Positions 63,421 through 64,000 of a stretch of DNA of 64,000 nt are shown piece after piece (position 1 is the stretch's first letter; each line of letters opens with the position of its first letter). The notes under the pieces were generated by a model that saw only the letters and a program-made list of their open reading frames with translations, made no database searches and was not told where the DNA came from. The stretch comes from Ureaplasma sp. (GTDB lineage: Bacteria; Bacillota_I; Bacilli_A; Mycoplasmatales; Mycoplasmoidaceae). The stretch lies in assembly GCA_020024695.1 (NCBI GenBank), contig JAHHTK010000002.1:2103-66102 (forward strand). The letters run 5' to 3'. A program made the position numbers and the translations under genes.

Positions 63421-63443
63421 AAAAGCTAACTTAAAGTTAGCTT
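63421..63443 (-). terminator. Terminator-like hairpin directly upstream of ribA
   Basis: Minus strand AAGCTAACT-TTA-AGTTAGCTT followed by TTGTT. Confidence 0.6.
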
Positions 63444-63449
63444 CTTGGC

Positions 63450-64000
63450 TTATTTTTTATTTTTTAACATCGCATTCATCAAAATTCCACCCGCAACCCC
63501 AACATTTAAACTTTGAATTTGATTAAACATTGGAATATAAACTTTTTGATCTAAATCAGCATAATGTTCTTTTAAGATGCCATTGGCTTCGTTGCCTAAA
63601 ACTAATAGCGATTTAGCACTAAACTTAGTTTCACTTAAACTAGTTGCTTGACTATCTAATAAAGAACCATAGACTGTATATTTCTTTTGTTTCATATAAT
63701 TCATGAAATCAGTTCAATGATAAACAATGTGAATGTGAGCATTAAAAATCGCTCCCATTGAACTTTTAATGGTTTTTGGATTATAGATGCTGACACAATT
63801 AAATAATAAGATGCCATCTAAACCTAAACCAAGGGCCGTTCTGACAATGGTTCCTAAATTACCTGGGTCTTGAATATTGTCTAATAACACATATTTACCA
63901 CTTCTTGGTTGTAAAACAAATTCAGTTTCTAATGGATAATTAAAGGTCGCAAAAATTGGTTTCGCATTGTCTAAATTTGACAATTCTTTTACACAATTAT
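63450..64000 (-). CDS. TrmH/SpoU-family RNA methyltransferase, 5'-partial
   Basis: Motifs LDNIQDPGNLGTIVRT, LGNEANG and IPM..IQSLNVGVA. Confidence 0.9.

Overview
This AT-rich chromosomal segment comes from a wall-less Mollicute that uses genetic code 4 (TGA = Trp). The supplied ORFs are fragments cut at in-frame TGA codons and rejoin into full-length genes when TGA is read as Trp. A tRNA-Trp with a UCA anticodon is encoded at 19712-19785. The EF-P loop (FNKTAMREG) points to the pneumoniae group (Mycoplasmoidaceae). Almost all genes lie on the minus strand. Housekeeping content: translation genes (rpsL-rpsG-fusA-tuf, rplJL, tsf-pyrH-frr-uppS-cdsA-dxr, cysS, asnS, efp, nusB, tsaD, mtaB, rnj) and five tRNAs. 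Metabolic content: an arginine deiminase pathway, a split riboflavin pathway (ribA-ribH-ribD-ribE plus a distant ribB), coaX, gapN, a 2[4Fe-4S] ferredoxin and a clostridial-type bile-acid 7-alpha-HSDH. Accessory content: an Abi/HEPN gene, a helicase-nuclease fusion, and a cluster of BspA/LRR-like surface proteins disrupted by an IS3-type remnant. The most unusual observations are (1) a tRNA(CAG) with a Leu-type D-arm but no long variable arm, directly behind the helicase-nuclease; (2) a ~500-nt ORF-free, promoter- and terminator-bounded, multi-hairpin RNA candidate with anti-SD-like tracts; (3) the 7-alpha-HSDH; and (4) two apparent single-base frameshifts. All calls were made by eye and no database searches were run.
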